Shown here in pieces: positions 41,696 to 54,246 of a stretch of DNA of 64,000 nucleotides; position 1 is the stretch's first letter, and every line of letters starts with the position of its first letter. Position numbers and translations under genes: made by a program. Under the pieces are notes generated by a model that searched no databases, was not told where the DNA came from, and was given only the letters and a program-made list of their open reading frames with translations. The stretch covers positions 25,505-89,504 of the forward strand of contig NW_021833030.1 in the NCBI RefSeq assembly GCF_006345805.1. The letters are read 5' to 3'. The DNA is from Octopus sinensis. Lineage: Eukaryota.

Positions 41696-42658
41696 AATAT
41701 ATACATGTATGTTTGTATGAATGTATGTAAGTATGTATATAAATAAATTTTTTGAAGGTGAAATCTCCACATTAGGTTTCTTACATAACCCACTTTATAC
41801 ATACACACACACACACACACACACGCATATATATATTCACAAATACGTGTATATTCGTGCATGTATACATATACACACACATATATATATACATATACAC
41901 ACATATATATATACATATATACATACATATGTATTCATCTAACTGCTATGTACAAATACACATATATATACACATATACACACATATATATATACACATA
42001 CACACACACACACACATATATATATACATATATACATACATATGTATTCATCTAACTGCTATGTACAAATACACACACAAACACACACACACCACCACAC
42101 ACACACCAACACGCACACATACATGTGATATACTTATACTTTTGTTTTTTAAAGGGAGAGAATTCATTGAATATTTTTTCGTCTTAATAATGATAAGCAT
42201 ATTGCAACTGTATATACGCATCTCGGCTTTCGTTGATATTTATCAGTGTAAGAGATATATCCAACGTTTTGAACAGATGTCTTCAGCGTAAAAGAAGTAA
42301 TGACACGACACAGTAATTTTAGATTCTTACTTGTCTCAGAGACTCTGTGCATCGGATTTAGAACGTAAAACAAGGTGAACGTGTAGACATTGATAGAATT
42401 TTCTGGTAGTAGAATGGGACGTCTCAACCAACTCTTCTCGCCGTCAAGAAAGATAGGAGTTTTGACAACCTTTTATGCTCCAAAGCGCTCAGCCAGTCTC
42501 TTTTAAATACGCTCGAGGGGATGTGTGCCACCTGCCCCTACATTAGCAACAATCCAACCTTCACCAGCTCTAGGTTCAAATAAAAAATGACCCACAATTT
42601 TACCTGTACCTGTTCCACTGTTATATACTGCACTGTATGCCAACTTTGTAGTGCCTTT

Positions 42659-42966
42659 AAAAAATTATTTTTATGTGCCCTTTTCATGGGCCCGGTTTCC
42701 TGGTTTTTGTGGCGTATATGTCCACCCCACTCCCAGCTTGACGCGACGCCAGTCCATCGAAGCGTTACTCAAGAAACAGGAAGAAAGTGTGAGAGAGAGT
42801 TGGGGAAAAAGAGTAGAACGGGAGTCGCCACCAACCCCTGTGTGAACCTCGTGGAGCTTTAGGTGTTTTTGCTCAATAAACACACACAACGCCCGGTCTG
42901 GGAATCAAAATCGCGATCCTCCGAAACGAGTCCGCTGCCCTAACCACTGGGCCATTGCGCCTCCAC
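42659..42966 (-). mobile_element. SINE family C, subtype C2
   Basis: C head with GATGGACTGGCGTC...CCACAAAAACC tail. 11-bp TSD GTAGTGCCTTT at 42648-42658 and 42967-42977. Confidence 0.9.
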
Positions 42967-43454
42967 GTAGTGCCTTTTGCTTTGAGAAATCAGGTCGATC
43001 ACCTTTGTGAACACATTCAAAGCACGCTACGACGAATGCCAAGGCAAGCTAACCAATAAACTTCCACTTCAACACTATAGGTTGTTGAATTACTTTTATT
43101 TCATCATAAATCTATTCACTCAAGGAAACGGATGTAAAAACATTTCATATTCAAACTCAGAGTCAATGTGGTCTTATTTTTCTCTTCCTATCCTTCACCT
43201 CACTCCTTAAAGTGTAATCCTTATTTTATCCATAACTCCTCCTCATACCTTAATTTTTCCTTTCACTCCACCTTCATCACCTTATATTCCTCTTAGTCTC
43301 TCATTGCTCATCGATTCCCCCTTTTCTTCAATTCCGTTTCTAAGTATGCATGCTCCTGTTGTATTGCTTTACCCACCCGTTACAGCCAGTCACTTTGACA
43401 TAGACAATAGGGTGGAGTGAAAATTAAAAGCTGTAGAAATTGAAAATGTCTGAC

Positions 43455-43642
43455 GGCTAAAACGTTGCTATATTTGATTACTAGAGAAATGCTAAATTTT
43501 CGCTGTGATCAACCAAGGGCCTTTACACCCTCAAGCCCCCTAAACTGCGAAGTCTGTGGCGTTTGAGGGAGTAAATGTTCTTGACTGATCTAAGCGGAAA
43601 ATTAGCATTTTTCTAGTAATCAAATGTAGCAACATTTTAGCC
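43455..43642. repeat. Fold-back inverted repeat (~80-bp arms, ~25-nt loop), probable MITE
   Basis: GGCTAAAACGTTGCTATATTTGATTACTAGAGAAATGCTAA... versus ...TTAGCATTTTTCTAGTAATCAAATGTAGCAACATTTTAGCC. Confidence 0.85.
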
Positions 43643-43697
43643 CTCGGGATTGGTCAAATGATGCAGACGTCATTTTCAGATAAATTTCACTGTTTTG

Positions 43698-43733
<36 letters not shown>

Positions 43734-43950
43734 TGGACGTAAAGACACGTCTGAATTTTCGCATATATATATATATATGCAAATATGTGTGTGTATGTGT
43801 GTACAAGTGAATGTATGTGTGCGTGTATACGTGTGCGCGTGTGTGTATACATTGATGCTACTTATCAAGAGCTTAGAGTTTAAAGGACCGCAATAATATG
43901 ATCTCCTCCGAATACATCTGCAGAAATTTACCCCACTATACTTCCTATCA

Positions 43951-44256
43951 GTGGAGGCACATAGCCTAGTGGTTAGAGCAGCAGACTCGTGGTCTAGGGA
44001 TCACAAGTTCGAATCTCAGACCGGGCGATGTGTGTGTTTATGAGCGAAACACCTAAGCTCCACGCGGCTCCGGCAGAAGGTAATGGCGAACTTCTGCTGA
44101 CTCTTTCGCCACAACTTTCTCTCACTCTTTCCTCCTGCATCTTGCAGCTCACATGTGATGGACCGGCTCCCCGTCCAGGTGGGGAACCTATACGCCAAGG
44201 AAACCGGGGAACCGGCCCTAATGAGCCAGGTGTGGCTCGAGAAGAAACAAACAACA
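43951..44256 (+). mobile_element. SINE family C3, full length
   Basis: A box TAGCCTAGTGG and B box GTTCGAATC. 12-bp TSD ATACTTCCTATC at 43938-43949 and 44257-44268. Confidence 0.92.
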
Positions 44257-45028
44257 ATACTTCCTATCCGCTTTTTAAAAGTATCTGAAAGCGTTATTCC
44301 CTCTTACCCCACATCAGCCATCTTGTTCATGCCTACATAGAGCATTTTTCTTGATCCATCAGTTTGTCGATGGACGTATTCTAAAAAAGAGAAGAAAGAT
44401 AAAAGCATTGAACCTTTTGATTTATATACAGAGAGAATCAATCAACGGCCACTGTCTACAGTATGTTCTAGCTTGACAATGATGAATGAAACAATATTAT
44501 CGAATTAGTTCAAAATATTTCAAATACACCGGGATCATCATCGTCGACGCTGTCGTCGTCGTTCTTGTAGTCATCATCGCCCTCCTTCTTCTCCTGATCC
44601 TCATCCTCATCATCACCATCATTATCATTATTTCTAACATCAGTAGCAACAGCACCAGTAACAGTACCACCAGCACCACCACCACTACCATGACCACCAC
44701 CACCACCACCGCCACCATCACCATCACCACCACCACCACCACCACCACCACCATTACTGCCATCATCTCAACCACCATAAATAACATCACATGCATCACC
44801 AAACCACAAACACCGCCATTATCACCATCATCATCATCATCATCATCTTCACCAACAGCAGCAACAGCAGCAGCTGCTGCAGTAGTAGCAGCGGTAGCAA
44901 CAGTAGCTGCTGTAGCAGCATCAACCTCAACAGATAACAGATGATATGCGAACAATTGTAGTAAACACTAGGAAATCTCATGAAATAAATACGATTGAAG
45001 TTTTGACGAGAAAATTATTATTATTTTT

Positions 45029-45113
<85 letters not shown>

Positions 45114-45251
45114 TATTATTAGTTTGTTGTTGTGAAAAACAATGGAGAAACTCACCATAAAATATAAATACGTTTCACAAACGCATATACATACTTGCAT
45201 ACATATATATATATATGTATATATCTATGTATATATTTATATCTATCTACC

Positions 45252-45313
<62 letters not shown>

Positions 45314-46522
45314 TAGATAGATATATGTATACATGTATGAATATATATATGTAGGTAAGCATAAATATATACATATATGCAAACATATATATACATGTAT
45401 GTGTATATATATGTATATATATGAATATATATATATATATATATATACACCACATATATATATGTATATATACTTATGTATATAATATATATATATATAT
45501 ATATATACATAGATATATACATAAGTATATATGTATATAAACATATACATGTATACATATATATACATAGACATATACATACATATGCCTGCATGTATAT
45601 GCATGTGTACGTGTGTACAAAACATACAAAAAAAAAACGCAGCCCAAGAGAAAAGTTGTAACTGAACACCGAGCTGTCGAGGTATCGCCCGAATTCTTAA
45701 AAAGCACCTTGAGGCATCATATACAATATGGCAGCACCAAAAAATCAGACGAAAGGTTCGTATGAAGAGGTTGATGCAAAAAAGCGAAATGCACCCAACA
45801 GCTTAATGTTCCATCTGGATGTGATTATGACTTGGTAAGAGGTAAAATATTTTAGGTCATTGTTTGATGCTTTCTTGGCTTGCTAACCTTCTCTAGAATT
45901 CGTTCAAAGTTATTTATCTGTATATGAGATTTTACAAATATTTTAGCTTTGTTTTCTGCTATTTACCTTAATGGATATAGTTGATGTTATCGTAGTTGTT
46001 CTTACTAATGTTACTGTTGTAGTTGTTGTTGTTTTTGTTGTTGTAGCGGCTGTTGTTGTTGCTGTTGTTATTTGGCCTCAGAACCAAACGGTACATTTAG
46101 GTTTTAATCATAAGTCTTGTCTAATAGGACAGACCGATAATCAGAAACGTTTTTATTTGTGTCTGTCACATCTTTTCATAGGTACGGGAATGATATTTTC
46201 CTAGAGGTTGCAAACCTAGGTTCAATTCAGGGTTTCAAAAGCATTTTCATTGCCTCCACAATATTATAGGGGTTGCGCTTGCACTTCCTGAAGCCCCTGT
46301 TCCCGAATCTATTCCTCATTCGTTTTTCAAACTTAGATTATGTAAAGTTGCTTTGCCTTTTCTTTTTAAACGATGATAAAGTATGATTCTTCTCACTGTC
46401 TTATGAGTACCGTGGAAAAGGAAAAGGTATGAGGAATTAACCTCGAGAGAAAATTCATTAACTCATCCAGGCGGTCCGGTGCCCTCTTTGACACTACATA
46501 TTCAGGGGTAGGTGAATTGTAG

Positions 46523-46566
<44 letters not shown>

Positions 46567-46579
46567 GTGTTGTGTGTGT

Positions 46580-46616
<37 letters not shown>

Positions 46617-46707
46617 GTATAAAGAGAGAGAGAGAGAGAGTTAGACAGGCAGACAAATAGATAGGCAGATAGACAGATAGATAGTTAGATAGACAGATAG
46701 ATAGATT

Positions 46708-46750
<43 letters not shown>

Positions 46751-46753
<3 letters not shown>

Positions 46754-47529
46754 GTTTCTTTATTAGCCACACAGGGCTGCACACAGATAGAACAAATTAC
46801 AAGGTAGAGCTGTTCTTTTGAAGGTAAAAAAAAAGGGGGGGTGTTCGATCAAAAGGGATCGTAAAAGGAGAGAAAGAGGACAAAAAAAGGGGTTTAAAAA
46901 GGGGGAGAGGAAAAAATTGATCAATAGGGATCGTTATCACAGAAATGTCATATGAAGTGTAAAGGGGAGACAGGTGAGGTTTACCCGTGGAAGAAAGCCT
47001 ACGGAAAAGACCACGGTAACCTCGGTCAATGAAGTCACACATGTTATATTTCTTTCTTTTATTTTTTTTTGCAAATAAGCAACTCTCTGTATTAATTTTT
47101 ATGGTTCATAGAATCATAGTCAAGGTGGCTTCGTCATTCATACGTGCCATCCTTGCTACATTCACCCATCTTTTTTAAAACATTCACTAGACAAAACTTG
47201 CCTCTCTGCTCTCACTTTCCTCCTCAAGTCATACTTGAAGAAGTTGATGAGAGATTGACCAGAGAGGTTAAAGTGTTTGTCTCTAATCCTTTCAGGCGCG
47301 TCCACCAGATACTTTCTTTCGCCATAGCCACAAGTATGATAAAAATAGCTCTTCCTTCCCGTTTGAAGGAAGGAGGCGTGACGATATTAACGATAGACTC
47401 GGCTGATAAACCGACACGTCCCACACGTGACAGCAGTCGTTCGACATAAGCCCACAGGTGGGAAATTGCTGGACACTGCACGATTGCGTGCAGAGCGGTT
47501 TCGTCGCTCTGCCCGCATCTCGGGCAAGA
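46751..47529 (-). mobile_element. 5'-truncated Tx1/L1-clade LINE (ORF2 C-terminal zinc finger plus 3' UTR)
   Basis: Minus strand reads CPRCGQSDETALHAIVQCPAISHLWAYVERLL...AKESIWW (CCHC zf-RVT motif and downstream IW motif). It ends AATAAAGAAACATT. Both ends abut (GATA)n. Confidence 0.88.
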
Positions 47530-48139
47530 TAGATAGATAGATATTTTTTATTGATAAAGTGGTAAGACCCGAGGACGATTTTATTTTCATGTTATTTTCA
47601 TGAGCATATCAGCTGATTTGTTAAATTGCAGCACTGAATTCTAGTCGTTCCTGTGTTCCTTTTCCAGAGTGAATTCAAAAAGAATTATCGACCCCTTCAA
47701 TTCTATGACCGAATGACCTCATAATTGACCCAGATGTATAAAAAAAAACTGACACCATTACCAACAATAGCACCAACAGAAAACAATTAGAACCTCTATG
47801 TGGTTGTTCGGCCGCCTAGAAACAGCAGCAAATGCTCTCTAATTTACATCTTGCTATCTTGGAGAGGAAATAGACACGTTGGATTCTATTTACACTATTT
47901 TCTTTTCTTTTATTCCGTAATTCGTATCAATCATTGGGGTCATGCTCAGCCACCGTCGTGAAGGTATTTTTCTTTTAGTAGTCGATGGAAACGACCCCAG
48001 ATTGCACTTTGAGACTTGCATATATTATTCTGGTTTATCTTTCACTGCACCTCTATGTTACGTGGACATAGACAAATCTAAGCCAGTTGTCAAACTTTTT
48101 AATACAAATTCAAACACACCTTCGTATAAATACGCACAT

Positions 48140-48557
48140 AGGCGCAGGAGGGGTTGTGTGGTTAGTAAGTTGCTTACCAGCCACATGGTCCCGGGTTCAG
48201 TCCCACTGCGTGGCACCTTCGCCAAGTGTCTTCTACTATAGCCGCGGGCCGTCAAAGGCCTTGTGAGTGGATTTGGTAAACGGAAACTGAAAGAAGCCAG
48301 TTTTATATATGTATATATATATATGTACGTGTGTATATATATTCGTGTGTCTGTGTTGTCCTCCCCACCCAACATCGCTTGACAACTGATGGTGGTGTGT
48401 TTACATCCCCGTAACTTAGCGGTTCGACAAAAGAGGCCGATACAATAAGTACTAGGCTTCCAAAGAATAAGTCCTGAGGTCGATTTGCTCGACAAAAGGC
48501 GGTGCCCCAGCATGGCCGCAGTCAAATGACTGAAACAAGTAAAAGAGTAAAAGAGTG
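48140..48557 (+). mobile_element. SINE family A, full length
   Basis: Complete head, internal (TA)n and (GTAAAAGA)n tail. Confidence 0.92.
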
Positions 48558-48947
48558 TATATGCATACATAAATACATTCATTAACACATACATACGTAA
48601 ATACATTCATATATACATACATTCATGCATTCATACATGCATGCCTGCATTCATACATACATACATACATACATACATACATACATACATACATACATAC
48701 ATACATACATACATACATACATACATACAAATCCAAGCTATTAGTGACACAGCGAAGACATTCCAAATATTCTCCTTCTGAGATTCATTCGTGAATAGAA
48801 GCACAGACTTGGGTGTATGCATCGACAGCTCAGCCAAAAAAACAATTCAACAAACAAATCTACTCACCGACATATTTGCAAACACCGGAAGCATTCTCAA
48901 AAAGAACTTCAATAAAACTCCAAAGAAAAATCATACATACATACATA

Positions 48948-49313
48948 CTGAGAAATCTGCAGTTACTCTATCTAGATTATAAGTTCAGGTTTATACCTGT
49001 AATTATTGGAGTCCTGGAATATGTAACATCCTGCCTAAATAACAATCTTGAGAAATCAGGCTTCTCAAAACCAGAAAGGAGAAAGCTAATTCGAAGACTA
49101 CAGATCCGATCCATCACTAGGACTGTAAAAATCTGTAAAACATTCCAGAAGTTTATCATTTAAATATATATGAGCATATCTAGATATGCAAATATATGCA
49201 TGAGAATACATGCATAAGACAAAACGTAATAATCTGCACATATACATACATAAATACATACATACATACATACATACATAATACATACATACATACATAC
49301 ATACATACATACA

Positions 49314-49347
<34 letters not shown>

Positions 49348-49473
49348 CATGCATACATACATACAAATATACCCTGTTGTTGATGTTGAAATTCCAATGA
49401 AGTAATCTTAGATCTAGGTTAGAAACCGGTTCTTTCCCTATTGGCAAGAAATCTTCAAGTAAACTGAATAATG
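48948..49473 (+). mobile_element. 3' end of an RLE-type non-LTR retrotransposon (R4/Dong-like) within (CATA)n
   Basis: LRNLQLLYLDYKFRFIPVIIGVLEYVTSCLNNNLEKSGF...LIRRLQIRSITRTVKICKTF* resembles the IPIVIGALG...LQ...GT..I C-terminus of R4-clade ORFs. Flanked on both sides by (CATA)n. Confidence 0.7.
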
Positions 49474-49532
49474 ACATACATACATACAAACATACATGCA
49501 TACATACATACATACATACATACATACTAAGT

Positions 49533-49919
49533 GTGGAGGTGCAATGGCCCAGTGGTTAGGGCAGCGGACTCGCGGTCGTAGGATCGCGGTTTCGATTCCC
49601 AGACCGGGCGTTGTGAGTGTTTATTGAGCGAAAACACCTAAAAGCTCCACGAGTCTCCGGCAGGGGATGATGGTGATCCCTGCTGTACTCTTTCACCACA
49701 ACTTTCTCTCACTCTTACTTCCTGTTTCTGTTGTACCTGTACTTCAAAGGGCCGGCCTTGTCACTCTCTGTGTCACGCTCAATATCCCCGAAAACTACGT
49801 TAAGGGTACACGTGTCTGTGGAGTGCTCAGCCACTTACACGTTAATTTCACGAGCAGGCTGTTCCGTTGATCGGATCAACGGGGAACCCTCATCGTCGTA
49901 ACCGACGGAGTGCTTCCAC
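49533..49919 (+). mobile_element. SINE family C1
   Basis: Colinear with the 14031 copy. TSD ACATACTAAGT at 49522-49532 and 49920-49930. It abuts an older tRNA-SINE starting at about 49931. Confidence 0.92.
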
Positions 49920-50208
49920 ACATACTAAGTGGTTGCACTCACGACCACAAGATCGTGGTTTCAATCCTCAGACCAAGTAATTCTTGAGCAAAACACTTCC
50001 TTTCACGTTGCTTCAGTGCCCTCAGCTGTAAGAGAGTCACCCTGCTACGAACTGGCGCTCTGTTCGGTTGAATGAATGTTGGCCCAGCCGCCTAACCAAC
50101 GAGATGGAAACATTCGAAATCTACAATGCGAGGAAAGTAGCTCACGGTGACCAGCGGTGTATAACAACATTCAATAGTCTTGTCGACACATTGATGCAGT
50201 AACAGTGG

Positions 50209-50317
<109 letters not shown>

Positions 50318-51669
50318 GTCTATCTGTCTCTCTGTCTATCTGTCTATCTGTCTGTCTGTCTATCTGCCTAACTGCCTGCCTATCTGTCTGTCAGTCTGTC
50401 TGTCTGCCTGTCTGTATGTAATCATGTATGTATGCATGCATACATGTATGTATATGAATACCTATACACAACGTGTGGCGAGCTGGCAGAATCGTTAGCA
50501 CACCGGGCGAAATGCTTAGCGGTTTAATGAGTTGGTTCATCAAATCAGTATCATTCAGGCCATTATCCGATGGAAAGAACATACCGAGGCCTTACTCCTG
50601 CAGTGGACTCAATATGAGCAATCAAATCCGATCCAATATACAGTGGGCTTCTGCATAGTTTCCCCGTTACCAACTTAAGACACATAGCATTGGCCGACCT
50701 AGGGCTAGAACAGAAGACATTTGCAAAGATAACGAACAGGGAGAGAGCAAACTCGAAACAACGTGTTTTCCCAGAAAATTCTTCATCGTAAATCCATGCC
50801 TGCAGCTGTATCCGATTATAAAAACATGACGAGATGGTCATATGTGGAGTGCTTTTAATAAATTGACTTGGTAGCTAAACAACAAGAGCAATGGTAATGG
50901 ACGGCTCGAAGCCTCCACGTATCAATAACAAGTACAATGAAAGGATCGTATCATTTAACTTTATTCTACGGGTCAATGAGTTGACACGAAAGCTTGGACA
51001 TCTAAAACAACAATAACAACAGCAACAACATTTTTTTTTTCTGTTTTTTTTTTTAAGTAGTGGTCATATTTTGCTGTTCGGCCAGATGGCTGGGAATAAT
51101 TGAAGACATAGAGAAAGAAATTAAAATTAACATAGTTGCGCAGGATGTAGAAATTACACTTAACAAGCTAAACAGCTTACAAACTGTAATTACAGCCTCG
51201 CCGGCTATGATAGCAATTACAACAACAATAACCAACAGCAGCAGCAGCAGCAACAACATCAGCATCAACGAACTGAACAACGACAACGGCTGCAGAAGCA
51301 ACAACAACAACAACCACAATAGCGATGTTTTCCATGAATCGACAGTGATAATACCAAGTATAACTACAAAGACGGCAAAATAACAAAGGCTGAAGCCTCC
51401 ACGCAATCCAGTGAAGAAGCCTTTATCCAGCCACTAAAGCTGATAGAAAAAAAAAACCTCTCAAATCTCCTTTTAGCCCTTAAGCATTGAAATTACTCTC
51501 TTAAATGTAATTCTTATTTATTCACATTGTTTTGAATTGACAATAGATTATCTTGTAGCTTCAAGATTTCAATGATGGTGGGGGTGCTTGTTTTTAGAAT
51601 GACATTATAGGATAGGTGTGAGAGGCAGGATCTAGCCAGTTTGAGTATAAAACAGGTTGAATATATTGG

Positions 51670-52275
51670 TAAAGTAGTTGTATACTGTCAACTTAACGTG
51701 ACAGTCCCATGAAGAGAATCATGCTACTGCTATTTAGCCCTAGGAGGCATCAACGCTTCCTGTCGGCCTTGACACATTTCCTGTGTCCTTAAGTTTACAA
51801 GGGGGGGAGGGTAAGCACCCCACCCAGCTAAGCCAGCATCCAGAGACTAGTTTCTGAGTCTTTGCTCGTCATCAGTCTGGAGTAGCATGGTCTGCTAGTC
51901 GGAGATGCCTATCTATCCCTTGTAAACATATAAGAATTCTAGTGAAATAAATTCACTGATTAAAAAAATAAAAATAATACATTTCTAAATATCCCAGAGA
52001 GATTTATGCAGTAGTGGTGCGATAGAGTAGTTGTATACTGTCAACTTAATGTGACAGTCCCATGAAGGGAATCATACTACTGCTATTTAGTAGTGCTTAT
52101 CTACCCCTTGTGAACATAAGGACACAGGAAATGTGTCAAGGCTGACAGGAAGCGTTACTGCTTCCTAGGGCTAAATAGCAGTAGTATGATTCCCTTCATG
52201 GGACTGTCACATTAAGTTGACAGTATACAACTACTTTATCGTACCGCTACTGCATAAATCTCTCTGAGATATTTA
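51670..52275 (-). mobile_element. Candidate non-LTR retrozyme / non-autonomous Penelope-type element (partial tandem of a ~353-nt unit plus inverted segment)
   Basis: GTAGTTGTATACTGTCAAC... recurs at 51674 and 52027. 52093-52278 is an inverted copy of the unit. 11-bp TSD GAATATATTGG at 51659-51669 and 52276-52286. Contains a hammerhead. Confidence 0.7.
51839..51881 (-). ncRNA. Minimal type I hammerhead ribozyme
   Basis: UCCAGA-CUGAUGA-cGAGcaaagaCUCa-GAA-ACUAGU-C-UCUGGA. 6-bp stem I, palindromic stem III, GUC cleavage triplet (cut between 51845 and 51844). The 10.1-11.1 pair is a C-A mismatch. Confidence 0.75.
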
Positions 52276-52611
52276 GAATATATTGGGCCAGATATAAATA
52301 CTAAAGTGTTAACTTTTATAAAAAGAAGGAAAAACATTGGAATGTTGTTGATCTTCACGAATAATGCTTGATTAAAAGATTGGTTGGTCACTGTTGCGAT
52401 GTCTTTGATGATAGGTTTGTCGAACTAGAGATGATCTAAGTGTAATCATCAATAGCAGGGAACATTGTTGACTCATAGGGAGTTAGAAACTTCTGTAAAT
52501 TATAGGAAGCAATGGAGATATATATCTGTTGATTGAACGTGGACTCTGTGCAATACAGAAAGGGGACCCCCTCCCCCCAATGACGACAAATGAAAACGGG
52601 CGCATTTTTTT

Positions 52612-52912
52612 GTGGAGACGCAATGGCCCAGTGTTTAGTGCAGCGGACTCGCGGTCGGAGGATCGCGGTTTCGATTCCCAGACCGGGCGTTGTGTGTGTT
52701 TATTGAGTGAAAACACCTTGAAGCTCCACGAGGCTCCGGCAGGGTGTGGTGGCGAACCGTGTTGTACTCTTTCGCCACAACTTTTTCTCACTCTCTCTTC
52801 CTGTTTCTTGAGTAATGCTGCGATGGACTGGCGTCCCGTCCAGCTGGGGGGAACACATACGCCACAGAAACCGGGATACCTAACGCATGAACCTGGCTAG
52901 GCTTGAAAAGGG
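52612..52912 (+). mobile_element. SINE family C2
   Basis: C head plus GATGGACTGGCGTCCCGTCCAG...CCACAGAAACCGGG tail. Confidence 0.9.
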
Positions 52913-53875
52913 AGACGTTTATCGTTTTATATATTTATAAACGATACACACAAATATGTAAATATGATTAAGTTGTTCTGTATGCATTTGCAACGGAAAG
53001 AAAACATGGAATATTTTATTTTTTCATATCATTTTCATAGTAAAATAATTATGAATCAACAAATTTCTTCTCAATGTATTTTAAGAATTAAATTTTCAAT
53101 TTTTAATTTATTTTCGGGATAAAATTACTCTATATTTGCAAATAGTTGTGCACTGAAAATTTAGTTTCCTTCATCGATGGGAAGCTTTTCAGATTGTATC
53201 TGATCGAACGGACCAACGATCAAATAATGAATTCCAACCGAATTCATCCTGTTTTTGTTGTTGCTCTCAAAATGCACATTATCTACTATGTCCATTTTCA
53301 TAACACAACATTGTGTTATTTAAGGAGATCATTTCTTGTAGTTATTGTCACCAAGTAGAGGCTTCCTGTCGACTCATGTCTTGAGGCAGATTTGGTTGTT
53401 ATTTCTAGCATGTCACCCAATCACGGAACATCTCCCTTGTTCGCTGCTGTAAACAGGGGAGGGGAGTATTTTTGAGTAAAGTGACTAAAGAAGTTTATCC
53501 TGAGATTGAATAAACAACAAAAACAGGCGATCACTTCAGAACAAAAGGAGAGCAGCAGACGACCACTTTAGAATGATACTGAAATTGATAGCCGCAATGG
53601 GCGTGCATGGTAAACGACGTTTTACTGCCTGAAGATATTTCAGTACGAGAGGCTGGCAGAGGTCAGATAATTGAGTGTGATGGCTCTGGAAGTGTATTCT
53701 TGGAAGAATGAAGAGAGTGAGAAAAGAAGAGATTGGGACGAACGTATAATGGCTATAAAACCAAGAAGAAACACAATGAATATAAGGGTGATGAGATGAG
53801 ACAGTGTGTGTGAGCGAGAGGAAGTAAGAGAGGTGTTATAGATCGGATGGATTTAAATTAAGAAGTAGGTAATGA

Positions 53876-53907
<32 letters not shown>

Positions 53908-53994
53908 GAGGGTACGGGAGAGTAGAAAAGTTACTGAAAATAATGATAATTATAGAGAGATATTGAGACGGAGGAAGAGAGAAAGTTATATATA

Positions 53995-54033
<39 letters not shown>

Positions 54034-54036
<3 letters not shown>

Positions 54037-54246
54037 TTTATTTAAAGGCAGCAGGAATATAACAAAAGCTGTTACTCAGAGTTTCACGTTCACGTTCCCG
54101 TTCGTCGGACAGTTTTGTTAACAACGGGAAACGTAAAACTCTGATTGAGTAACAGCTTTTGTTATACTTTTAGATAAAGTATAACTCTACCTCTGGTATT
54201 TGAGTACTCTTTTTTCCACCTTGTTTCACATTTATGTGCTTACACC

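Larger units (their letters stand above)
51477..52308. mobile_element. piggyBac-like MITE, split by the 51670-52275 insertion
   Basis: TTAG|CCCTTAAGCATT ... AATACTAAAGTG|TTAA, i.e. imperfect CCC-type TIRs with TTAA-like flanks. Confidence 0.55.

Noticed and set aside
45728-45838. Possible first coding exon ([19 protein letters not shown]..., followed by GTAAG)
   Set aside because: Only 36 codons, no recognisable homology and no identifiable downstream exon. Compatible with chance.
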